Assembly: GCA_964476725.1 (NCBI GenBank)
Contig: CAYZBZ010000002.1
Coordinates: forward strand, 1 to 56,057
Direction of reading: 5' to 3'
DNA from: an uncultured Vicinamibacterales bacterium
GTDB taxonomy: Bacteria > Acidobacteriota > Vicinamibacteria > Vicinamibacterales > 2-12-FULL-66-21
Length of the DNA stretch: 56,057 bases
The translations under genes were made by a program, and so were the position numbers. The notes under the pieces are model-generated. The model was not told where the DNA came from. It did no database searches and was given only the letters and a program-made list of their open reading frames with translations. This document shows positions 47,371 through 56,057 of the stretch, one piece after another (the stretch's first letter is position 1; each line of letters starts with the position of its first letter).

Positions 47371-50300
47371 ATGAAACGCCGTCTTCTGCCGCTCCTCGTC
47401 TTTGCCACCCTCACGATGTCTTCGCCGGCTGCGCAGCAGCGCCCGGCCGAGGGCAAGTGGGATGTCGCCGCCGACCTTGGACCCACGACGAAGCTCGCCT
47501 TCGAGACCTCCGAAGGGACGTGGATGAACGTGGACGTCAGCCCTGACGGCCGTCGCGTGGTCTTCGACCTGCTCGGCGACATCTACGTGATGCCGATAGC
47601 CGGCAGCGGCGCATCGGCGGCAGAGCGGCTGACGAGCGGGCCTGCCTTCGACATGCAGCCGCGCTTCAGTCCGGACGGATCGCGCATCGCGTTCTCGTCG
47701 GATCGTGACGGCCTCTGGAACATCTGGGTCATGGACGCGGACGGCAAGAGCGCGAAGCAGGTGTCGAAGGAGAAGCGCTGGTTCGTGAACAGTCCGGCCT
47801 GGGGGCCGGACGGCGCCTATATCTTCGCGCGGCGGCACTTCGTCAAGGAGCGGTCGCTCGGCGCCGGCGAAATCTGGATGTATCACGCCAACGGCTCGGA
47901 CGGGCTGCAGGTGACGGAGCGGAATGGTTTCCAGAAGGACGCCGGCGAGCCGGCGATTTCCCCCGACGGCAGATACCTCTATTACAGCAAGGACGTCACG
48001 CCCGGCCAGACCTTCGAATACAACAAGGATCCGAATGGCTCGATCTACGCGATCATCCAGCGCGATCTGACTACCGGGCGGGAGCGTCGGATCGTCAGCG
48101 TGCAGGGGGGCTCCGTGACCCCGCGGCCGTCGCCCGACGGCAAGTCCCTCGCGTACATCCGGCGCGTGCGCCTGCAGAGCAGGCTCTACGTCCGCGATCT
48201 CGAGAGCGGCCGCGATCGCCCGGTGTTCGATCACCTCGACAAGGACCTGCAGGAGGCGTGGGCGATCCACGGGTTGTATCCGCAGTACGCATGGACGCCG
48301 GACGGCAAGTCGATCGTGATCTGGGGCGAGGGCAGGATCTGGCGCGCCGACGTCGCCAGCGGGCAGGGAGCGGTGGTGCCGTTCACCGCGCGCGTCGAAC
48401 AGACCATCAACGAGGCGCTTCGCTTCCCGCAGAAGGTCTACACGCCCGAGTTTCCGGTGAAGATACTGCGCGACGTCGCGACCTCGCCTGACGGGAAGCA
48501 GGCCGCATACAGCGCGCTCGGGCATGTCTACGTGCGGCCGCTGCCCACCGGCGAGCCCAGGCGGCTGACGAGCAGCGACGGCTTCGAGTTCGATCCGTCG
48601 TGGTCTCCCGACGGCCGGCGCATCGTGTACACCACGTGGAGCGACGCCAGCTACGGGCGCGTGCGCGTGATCGCGGCGGACGGATCGGGTGGCCGCGATG
48701 TGGTGTCGAAGCCGGGTCACTACACCGGGGCGTCGTTTTCGCCGGACGGCAGCCTGGTCGTCTTCCGCGTCGCCGGCGGGGACTCGATCCGCGGTCAGCT
48801 TTACGCCAACGAGCCGGGCATCTTCGTGGCGCCGGCCGACGGCTCCTCGCCGCCGCGGCTGGTGCGCGACGGAGGCGTCGAGCCGCAGTTCGATCACACG
48901 GGGAAGCGCGTGTATGTGCGCGAGCAGCGGGGGGACAAGTTCGTTCTGCTGAGCGTTGGCCTGGGCGATCCGTCGACGCCGCTCGGAGCGAAGGACGAGA
49001 TCGTGCACTTTCAGGCGGACAACGCCTCGCAGATCGTGCCGTCGCCGGATGGCAAGTGGGTGGCGTTCGCCGAGCGTTGGCACGCGTACGTCGCGGCGTT
49101 CCCGCAGACCGGACGCACCATCGACCTCGGGCCATCCGTCAGCGCGTATCCGAGCGCCCGCATCTCGCGCGACGCCGGGCTCTACTTGCACTGGTCGGGC
49201 GACAGTCGCCGGGTGTTCTGGTCGCTCGGGCCGGAGCTCTTCTCGCGCGACCTGACCCGCACGTTCACTTTCCTCGATCGGAATCTCGAGAAGGCGGATG
49301 AGCCGGAGACCAAGGGCATCCCGATCGGGTTCACCGCGAAGTCGGACGTCCCCGATGGTGTGATTGCGTTGGTAGGCGCGCGAATCATTACGGCGAGCGA
49401 CAGCCCAGAGCCCGCCCGTAGCGCGAGCGTAGCGAGTCGCGAAGAGCGAGCGAGCGGGGGTGGGGCCCCGCGAGCAGTGAATAGCGCAGACGCCGGCGCT
49501 GGAAACTCACGGGTCTCGCAACGGGCATCTCGCGACCCTGGCGTCATCGAGAACGGCACGATCGTCATCGAGGGGAACCGCATCACGGCCGTTGGCCCGT
49601 CGGGATCGGTCACCGTCCCAGCGGGCGCGAAGCGCATCGATGCCTCGGGCAAGACGATCATGCCCGGCATCATCGACGTACACGGGCACATCGGCGGGGA
49701 AGGGGACGGCATCCTGGGGCAGGCGAGCTGGCCCTTGATGGCCAACCTCGCGTTCGGCGTCACGACGTCGCACGATCCGTCGAACAGCACCGAGACCGTG
49801 TTCACGAATGCCGAGCTGATCCGCTCGGGCGGCAAGATGGGGCCGCGGCTCTACTCCACCGGCACGATCCTCTACGGCGCCGAGACCCCGTTCAAAGCGG
49901 TTGTCGAGTCCTATGACGACGCGCTTTCGCACCTTCGGCGTCAGAAGGCCGCGGGCGCGTTCTCGGTCAAGAGCTACAACCAGCAGCGGCGCGACGCCCG
50001 CCAGATGATCATCAAGGCCGCCCGCGAGCTGCAGATGCTCGTCGTGCCTGAGGGCGGTTCGCTGCTCTACATGAACGAGACGATGGTGCTCGACGGGCAT
50101 ACGGGCGTGGAGCACTCGCTGCCGGTGCCGAAGGTGTACAAGGACGTCGTCACGCTCTTTGCGAAGAGCGGGACCGGCTACACGCCGACGCTGATCGTCG
50201 GCTACGGCGGCCTGTCAGGAGAGTATTACTGGTATCAGCACACGAACGTGTGGGAGAACGAGCGGCTGCTGCGCTTCGTTCCGCGTGACGTCGTCGATGC

Positions 50301-50727
50301 GCGATCGCGCCGGCGGCTGATGGCGCCGGAAGACGACTTCAACCACGTGTTGATCGGCCGGGGCGCGAAGCAGGTGCTCGATGCTGGTGGATCGGTCCAG
50401 CTCGGCGCGCACGGTCAGCTCCAGGGTCTGGGCGCGCACTGGGAGTTGTGGATGCTGCAGCAGGGGGGCATGACGAACCTCGAAGCCATCCGCTCGGCCA
50501 CCATCAACGGCGCGAAGTATCTCGGCCTCGATGCCGAGCTGGGGTCCCTCGAGAAGGGGAAGCTGGCGGACTTGATCGTGCTCGATCGGAACCCGCTCGA
50601 GAACATCCGCAATTCCGAGTCGATCGCCATGGTGATGTTGAACGGGCGCTTGTACGACGGCAGGACGCTCAACGAGATCGGCAACCACCCTCGTCCGCGG
50701 TTGCCGCTGTGGTTCGAGAAGCAGTAG
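47371..50727 (+). CDS. Secreted amidohydrolase with N-terminal PD40/TolB-like propellers
   Basis: Repeated SPDG motifs; PGIIDVHGH, GVEH, GAHGQ, GSLEKGKLAD. Confidence 0.92.
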   Translation: MKRRLLPLLVFATLTMSSPAAQQRPAEGKWDVAADLGPTTKLAFETSEGTWMNVDVSPDGRRVVFDLLGDIYVMPIAGSGASAAERLTSGPAFDMQPRFSPDGSRIAFSSDRDGLWNIWVMDADGKSAKQVSKEKRWFVNSPAWGPDGAYIFARRHFVKERSLGAGEIWMYHANGSDGLQVTERNGFQKDAGEPAISPDGRYLYYSKDVTPGQTFEYNKDPNGSIYAIIQRDLTTGRERRIVSVQGGSVTPRPSPDGKSLAYIRRVRLQSRLYVRDLESGRDRPVFDHLDKDLQEAWAIHGLYPQYAWTPDGKSIVIWGEGRIWRADVASGQGAVVPFTARVEQTINEALRFPQKVYTPEFPVKILRDVATSPDGKQAAYSALGHVYVRPLPTGEPRRLTSSDGFEFDPSWSPDGRRIVYTTWSDASYGRVRVIAADGSGGRDVVSKPGHYTGASFSPDGSLVVFRVAGGDSIRGQLYANEPGIFVAPADGSSPPRLVRDGGVEPQFDHTGKRVYVREQRGDKFVLLSVGLGDPSTPLGAKDEIVHFQADNASQIVPSPDGKWVAFAERWHAYVAAFPQTGRTIDLGPSVSAYPSARISRDAGLYLHWSGDSRRVFWSLGPELFSRDLTRTFTFLDRNLEKADEPETKGIPIGFTAKSDVPDGVIALVGARIITASDSPEPARSASVASREERASGGGAPRAVNSADAGAGNSRVSQRASRDPGVIENGTIVIEGNRITAVGPSGSVTVPAGAKRIDASGKTIMPGIIDVHGHIGGEGDGILGQASWPLMANLAFGVTTSHDPSNSTETVFTNAELIRSGGKMGPRLYSTGTILYGAETPFKAVVESYDDALSHLRRQKAAGAFSVKSYNQQRRDARQMIIKAARELQMLVVPEGGSLLYMNETMVLDGHTGVEHSLPVPKVYKDVVTLFAKSGTGYTPTLIVGYGGLSGEYYWYQHTNVWENERLLRFVPRDVVDARSRRRLMAPEDDFNHVLIGRGAKQVLDAGGSVQLGAHGQLQGLGAHWELWMLQQGGMTNLEAIRSATINGAKYLGLDAELGSLEKGKLADLIVLDRNPLENIRNSESIAMVMLNGRLYDGRTLNEIGNHPRPRLPLWFEKQ

Positions 50728-50798
50728 TACGGCAGCCCCGCGGGGCCTGGATCGGATCGCGCTGCCTGGGTCGCTGTCGCCGAGCCGGAAACGGCCGG

Positions 50799-50828
50799 TT
50801 GCGCGGCCTGTTACCGCGCCGGTATAAT
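50799..50828 (+). promoter_or_regulatory. Probable sigma70 promoter for tRNA-Gln
   Basis: TTGCGC-18 bp-TATAAT, ~90 bp upstream of the tRNA. Confidence 0.55.
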
Positions 50829-50916
50829 CAGGGTTTCCGGCCTGCAGGGTTTCGACGTTCTTGAGGGTCAATTCCAGCCCGCTGCCCGGCACTTTCGCGC
50901 GACTCGCACCGGCCAT

Positions 50917-50990
50917 TGGGAGGTCGTTCAACGGTAGGACACGTGGCTCTGGACCACGTTATCGGGGTTCGAATCCCTGCCTCCCAGCCA
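50917..50990 (+). tRNA. tRNA-Gln(CTG)
   Basis: Acceptor TGGGAGG/CCTCCCA, anticodon arm CGTGG-CTCTGGA-CCACG, TTCGAAT, CCA. Confidence 0.97.
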
Positions 50991-51302
50991 ATCTGCTAAG
51001 GTCAAGTCATTCAACTCGTTAGGCTCGATCGCGGACACCTCGCGGACGACCCCCATCGTGCTGTCCGGCGCCATTGGCGGTGCCCTCGCTACGGTGCAGT
51101 TCATCGTCAGGCAGCCAGTTTCCCGATCTGGAGCCGGCTGTCAGCCGTTCTGACGTGTGAATGGGATGTCGTCGAAGTCGACGAACTGAACCAGAACGTC
51201 AAGGTGTCTCGACTGACGGCCGGGGCCGAGCTGCCGCTCTTCGGAAGGCTCGCCGGCGGCGGCCTGTTCGTCCGATGATTCGCCGGTGGCCTCACCTGCC
51301 CG

Positions 51303-53528
51303 CTAAAAGCGAAACGAATACTGAAACTTCGCGGAGACCTTGCTGTCCTGCGTCCGGAAGCGCAAGTCGCCGCCGTCTTCCCGGATCCACCCCTGGTTGA
51401 ATGCGAAGAACAGATCGTTGCCGGGTTGCAGCGTCCAGCGGACGCGACTCTGCCAGCCCATGTTCCGGGACCGGTTGTCATACTGGATCAGGTTAGACAG
51501 CGACAGCCTCGGCGTCGCCGCGTAGCTGACATTGGACGTGAAAATGCGGGCGATGAAGTGGCCTTCCGGCAGGCGCGCAAACGTCTGGTTGGTGCTGACG
51601 GTAACAGTGAACCGTGGCGGAACTTTGTAGGTGAGGCTCGTCGTCACCTGCTCCGCTTTCCCGGACCAGTAGCCGCCGTACGTCAGGTTGACGCTGCCCG
51701 ACAACCGCCGCTTCGAGGCCGTCGACAGCAGATTGCTCCTGAAGCGTGTGAAGCGGTACTCGCCTGGCAGGAGGTGAACGCCGGGCGAAACCTCGAACGG
51801 CTCGAAGAGACGCTCGTAGGTGGGATTGAAGTCGAACATCCCGTGAAGATTGTCCCCGGAGCTCAGGTGCCAGTCGAGGAGCGTCACGTACAGGTCCCAG
51901 CTCTCGACCTCGCCGTTGTCCAGCCGCGTGAAGCGCGTGTAGTAGACGTCGTGGAACATCTGCTGGACGTTCAGGAAGTTCTTCGGTCGCGGGTTGTAGC
52001 TGCCGGCGACCCTGAACAGGCGAACGTTGTCGCGCTGGACGAAGCCCAGCGCCGGCTTGAAGTTCTCCTGTATTTCCCGGTACGCGACCTGCGCGTTGAA
52101 CTTGTCGTTCGGATAGTGCGCCGAGAAGCCGTACGACCAGTCGCGCCCCGAGACGCCCTCGTTCACGCTCTTCACGGCGTAGCCGTTCACGACGAAGTTG
52201 TTCGGCCGGCCCAGGAAGCGTGAGGTCGCCAGGCGCATGTCGGCGCCGTAGGTCTGGCCCGACTGTCCCTCGGCGGGATGGCCGCCCGTGAAAATCGCGC
52301 CGACGTACGACTGCTGGAGCAGGTTCCGCTTGACGCGGCCGACCAGGAAGTTCTTTTCGCTGACGATCGGGAGATCGCCCGTGCGGACGCCCAGTAGACC
52401 AACGTCGGTGCGGCCGACGGTGCCGGTCAGCTTGACGCCGGCATCGATGGGCACCTCTTGCTCGCCGAGTAGGCCGATCTGCCGGCTGAAGAACGGATAC
52501 ACGTCGGCGCCGGCCGGAGGGATGCCACCCGCCGGCTCTGGCCCGGTGCTGGCGAAGTTGAAGACACCCGCACCCTGCAGGAAGAAGGACCGCTTCTCCG
52601 GAAAGAGCACCGAGAAGCGCGAGAGATTGATCTGGCGCGCGTCGACTTCCGTCTCCCCGAAGTCGGTGTTGAAGGTCGTGGTCAGCTTCAGGCTGGGCGT
52701 GATGTTGTAGAACACGTCGAGGCCCGGCTTTCCGCTGGTGTCGTCCTCACCAACGACGCGCAGCCAGCGCCCCGCGAGAAACGGTCGGACGTCGAGGCCA
52801 ATTCCCTGCGTCAGGCCCACGAGGTTCGTGATCTCGCCCGCCTCGGACAGCTGATAGAGCTGCGTGTCCAGGCGGGCGCCGCACCAGCGGTCCTCCTCCA
52901 GCTTTCGATAGATGTGCCGGGCGATATTGAAGCCCCACACCGTGCGGCCGGACGGGAAGCTCAGGCTCTTGAAAGGAATCGCGAACTCCGCAGTCCATCC
53001 CTGGTCGGTGCGTCTGGTGCGCACGTCCCAGATGGCGTCCCAGTCGGCATTCAACTGTCCACTGGCGACCAGGCCGTCCACGAGCGCGCCCGATGGATTC
53101 GTCGCGAAATAGAAGGCGCTACGCTGATCCCGGAACGTGTCGAGCAGAATCTCGACGCGGTCGTCGGAGGACAGGCTGGCATCGCGCGCCATCTGCGTGC
53201 CGATCACCCGCTGCGGCTCCGAGTCGTACGAGACGACCCCGATGTAGAGGTACTCACGATCGTACAGGAGCGTGACGTCGGTTCGGTCCGTGGGAGGCAG
53301 GCCCTGTTCGGGCTGTCGCTGCGTCAGATCACCAATCGTCGGGGCCGCGCGCCAGATCGGCTCGTCCAGCACCCCGTCGATCGTGATGGCTTCCGTCGTC
53401 GACGTCACGACGGCGGACTTCGTGGCGGGCTCAGGGAACGTCGGTTGCTGGCGTGAGGCGGCGCTCGCCGCTGGCACGGCCAGCCACCCAGACAAACAGG
53501 CCGCGGCAAGCGGCACGAAGCGCGTCAT
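51303..53528 (-). CDS. CBM9-like / DUF5916 outer-membrane protein
   Basis: Signal peptide; IDGVLDEPIW, AEFAIPF, NTDFGETEVD, LFPEKRSFF; C-terminal YSFRF beta-signal. Confidence 0.85.
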   Translation of the reverse strand: MTRFVPLAAACLSGWLAVPAASAASRQQPTFPEPATKSAVVTSTTEAITIDGVLDEPIWRAAPTIGDLTQRQPEQGLPPTDRTDVTLLYDREYLYIGVVSYDSEPQRVIGTQMARDASLSSDDRVEILLDTFRDQRSAFYFATNPSGALVDGLVASGQLNADWDAIWDVRTRRTDQGWTAEFAIPFKSLSFPSGRTVWGFNIARHIYRKLEEDRWCGARLDTQLYQLSEAGEITNLVGLTQGIGLDVRPFLAGRWLRVVGEDDTSGKPGLDVFYNITPSLKLTTTFNTDFGETEVDARQINLSRFSVLFPEKRSFFLQGAGVFNFASTGPEPAGGIPPAGADVYPFFSRQIGLLGEQEVPIDAGVKLTGTVGRTDVGLLGVRTGDLPIVSEKNFLVGRVKRNLLQQSYVGAIFTGGHPAEGQSGQTYGADMRLATSRFLGRPNNFVVNGYAVKSVNEGVSGRDWSYGFSAHYPNDKFNAQVAYREIQENFKPALGFVQRDNVRLFRVAGSYNPRPKNFLNVQQMFHDVYYTRFTRLDNGEVESWDLYVTLLDWHLSSGDNLHGMFDFNPTYERLFEPFEVSPGVHLLPGEYRFTRFRSNLLSTASKRRLSGSVNLTYGGYWSGKAEQVTTSLTYKVPPRFTVTVSTNQTFARLPEGHFIARIFTSNVSYAATPRLSLSNLIQYDNRSRNMGWQSRVRWTLQPGNDLFFAFNQGWIREDGGDLRFRTQDSKVSAKFQYSFRF

Positions 53529-53649
53529 CGTGTGTGGCAGTCTATCAGCCCCGCCGCTCAGAGGACGCGGGCGAGCACGCCGTCTGCCTGCGCCACTTGA
53601 CAGCGGCGGCCGCTGCTGCAATCGTCATCGCTGCACATTGAGAATCACG

Positions 53650-53845
53650 CGTTGATGATGTCGACGCGGAACTGCCGTGCGCCGTCCGCCCAGCGAGAAC
53701 GTCCGCATGACGTTCAAGCTGAGCATCTTGAGATCCGGTCCGCGGACGCCTTCGATGCGGAAGGGAAACTGGCGCTTCTGGAAGTTGGCCGGTGCCTTGG
53801 CGGGATCCTTCTCGAAGCCCGCGTCCGTGTTGAACCAGCGACCGT
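53650..53845 (-). pseudogene. C-terminal scrap of a TonB-dependent (Oar-like) receptor
   Basis: WFNTDAGFEKDP..FPFRIEGVRGP...RTFSLGGRR, then a frameshift to QFRVDII. Confidence 0.6.
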
Positions 53846-54097
53846 GGCATCGGTTTGCCCCGTGGCTCATTGGTTGGCGCGGCTTCAGAGCGAGCTCCGT
53901 CCCGGCCCGAGCTGTGCAGTGCCGCGACATGCTTGGGACAGGAAAGCGATTCGCGTACGTCCTCCGGGGCCCATGCGGCTACACCATCGCGGCATTTTTC
54001 AGCATGAGCTGCCGGGATTCCGGCAACGCTCGGCAATCCAGGTTTTTCCATCAAACCGTGCGACCATGGCGTTAGACTGCAAAGTGGGAGAAAGACC

Positions 54098-55240
54098 ATG
54101 TCTCACCGATGCTCGCGCAGGACCTTGTTTGAACTCGCCGGAGCAGCGGCGGCCTCCATGCTCGGCAATCGGATGGCAGCGGCACAGCAGGGCCAGGCGC
54201 CCACTGCATTCCGATCGCAGCACTCTCATCCGGATCCCTTTCCGGCGGTGACGACTCGCTCCGCCGTTGCGCTGGTGCACGGAGAAGACCGGCGCAGAAA
54301 CACCTACGAAGCGCTGAAGACGATTGATGACCAGATCAGGCTAAAACTGAAGGGAAAGAAGTACATCCTCATCAAGCCGAACGTTGTATCGACCACGCGC
54401 CAGCTGGCGGCCATACATGCCGACGCGTTGCGCGGCGTCCTCGATTATCTCTCCGAGCGATTCAAGGGTCCGGTTGTGATTGCGGAGGGTTCGGCGGGCA
54501 ACACGCGAGAAGGCTTTGAGAACTTCAAGTACACCGCGGTCGCCGCTGAGTACAGGTCGCAGAAGGTCAGCCTCGTGGACTTTCACGAAGAGGGAAGATA
54601 CATCCTGCTGCCTCTGATCGACTACGACCTCCATGTCGTTCCGGTGCGCCTGGCTGCGCGCTTGTTCGACCCGGAGGCCTTCGTGCTCGGAGCCGCCGTC
54701 CTCAAGACACACAACCTCGCCGTGGTGACGTTGTCCGTGAAGAACATGGTGCTCGGCGCGCCGCTTCACCAGGCGCCGAAGGAAACCACGAGATGGAACG
54801 ACAAGCGTCGATATCACGTTGGGGTCCGTCAGAGCATGTACAACATGTTCCTGACGGCTCAGAAGATGCAGCCCAACTGGGGCGCGACCATCATCGACGG
54901 ATACGAGGGCATGGAGGGTAACGGTCCGTCGGCTGGCACTCCAGTCCCGTCTCGAATCGCGATCGCCTCAACCGATTTCCTCGCTGCGGACCGTGTCGGC
55001 GCCGAGACGATGGGTGTCGACCCCAACTGGCTCGGCTGGATGAAATACAGCGGTGAAGTAGGGCTTGGACAGACGGATCTTTCGAGGATTGATATCCGGG
55101 GTCCTCAAATCGCCGCGGTTCAGAAGAAGTACCGCTTGCACGACGACATCCAGCGCATGCTGGACTGGATGGGACCGATGCAGGAACTGCCGCGGAACCT
55201 CGGATGGCATAGAGCCATTGGCGAGGAGTATCTGGCGTAA
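54098..55240 (+). CDS. Tat-exported DUF362 domain protein
   Basis: SRRTLF; IKPN, LKTH, LSVKN, IDGYEGMEGNGP motifs. Confidence 0.85.
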   Translation: MSHRCSRRTLFELAGAAAASMLGNRMAAAQQGQAPTAFRSQHSHPDPFPAVTTRSAVALVHGEDRRRNTYEALKTIDDQIRLKLKGKKYILIKPNVVSTTRQLAAIHADALRGVLDYLSERFKGPVVIAEGSAGNTREGFENFKYTAVAAEYRSQKVSLVDFHEEGRYILLPLIDYDLHVVPVRLAARLFDPEAFVLGAAVLKTHNLAVVTLSVKNMVLGAPLHQAPKETTRWNDKRRYHVGVRQSMYNMFLTAQKMQPNWGATIIDGYEGMEGNGPSAGTPVPSRIAIASTDFLAADRVGAETMGVDPNWLGWMKYSGEVGLGQTDLSRIDIRGPQIAAVQKKYRLHDDIQRMLDWMGPMQELPRNLGWHRAIGEEYLA

Positions 55241-55324
55241 TCGGTGGATCTCGGCGTGGTGTGGCGCGGGCTCGTATGTCGATCGGTCTCTTCGAGTTCC
55301 ACCGCCGGTCCCGTCGGTCGAGCG

Positions 55325-55382
55325 AGACAGCACTTCTTGAACTTCTTCCCGCTTCCACAGGACACGGATCGTTCCGGCCCAC
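55325..55382 (-). pseudogene. SEC-C metal-binding motif scrap
   Basis: GRNDPCP then a frameshift to CGSGKKFKKCCL. Confidence 0.7.
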
Positions 55383-55786
55383 CTCGCGATTGATTGTGCT
55401 GTGTCAGGACATAAGTCACAGGGCAGATGAGCCGAAGTAACTGTCCCGACGTTGTACTGGCGTCATCCCGTTGAGGCTGGGCGCATTCATGGGGTGGTCA
55501 GCAACGGTAGGCAGCTCATCGAGGCGCGGCCTCCGGTGATCGACATGCACGTGCACAGCGCGCAGATGACACCGCAGGCATTGCGAGTTCTAAGATTTGC
55601 GGCTGGTTTCCCGCAGAGCCGCCCTATTCTCGTTGCGCCCTTCGGCAAGCATCTGAGTATCAGAAGGTTGGCGTCCTTGCCCGGCTCGAATCCCGGGCAG
55701 ATCTCAGGGCCGCTCGCTCGTCTAGCTCACGCACGATGAGGTCGAGATCCGGGATTGATCGCCCATCGCGCGATCAGCCCTCGGCG

Positions 55787-55936
55787 ATGGGGTTCCTGTT
55801 CGAGATGAAGCCGAACGACCCTCGCGCGCTTGCGCTTGCTACGGCCATTCTGCTGAGCGCGACGCTCCTGGCCGGCTACGGCCCGGCGCGGAGAGCGTCG
55901 CGAGTCGATCCGATGATCGCCCTTCGCCACGAATGA
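55787..55936 (+). pseudogene. C-terminal scrap of an ADOP/MacB-FtsX ABC permease
   Basis: LFEMKPNDP...AGYGPARRASRVDPMIALRHE*. Confidence 0.8.
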
Positions 55937-56016
55937 ACGTCATCACTTCCGCTGAGTGCGCGACGTGTGGTCGTGGTCCGCATACTGGGCATAGATGACC
56001 GCCTCAGTTCGACATT

Positions 56017-56048
56017 CTGTCCGAAACTTGTATACAAATTTTGGACAG
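56017..56048. promoter_or_regulatory. 32-bp imperfect palindrome, probable operator
   Basis: CTGTCCGAAACTTGTATACAAATTTTGGACAG, centred on TTGTATACAA. Confidence 0.55.
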
Positions 56049-56057
56049 CCTCGATAG

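Noticed and set aside
55660-55700. tRNA-Gln 3' att duplicate (CTCGAATCCC)
   Set aside because: Match too short and does not continue into GCCTCCCAGCCA.

Overview
High-GC bacterial window, probably Acidobacteriota/Vicinamibacteria (inferred from gene-family style, not searched). A short core segment (tRNA-Ser(GCT), gltX, KGG stress protein, AlkA-like glycosylase, PD40-amidohydrolase, tRNA-Gln(CTG)) is flanked by mosaic accessory DNA. Intact cargo includes: a B-family-derived heme-copper operon whose active-site Tyr is replaced by Gln (eNOR-like NO reductase), divergent from a cytochrome b/2x[4Fe-4S]/MvhD-like fusion gene; exported sugar oxidoreductases; a secreted triple-RidA protein; a sulfatase; and an inositol cluster (iolG/E/D/B plus ABC transporter) lacking iolC/iolJ/iolA but carrying two Zn-dehydrogenases and a transaldolase. 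tRNA-Ser looks like a two-sided integration hotspot, with a 5'-half copy next to a truncated tyrosine integrase and a 3'-end copy before gltX. Direct-repeat pairs spaced exactly 12 bp mark several relic element ends. Many short gene scraps, IS3/IS30/IS21 relics and in-frame hairpin insertions are present. All product calls come from motif recognition by eye; no database searches were run.
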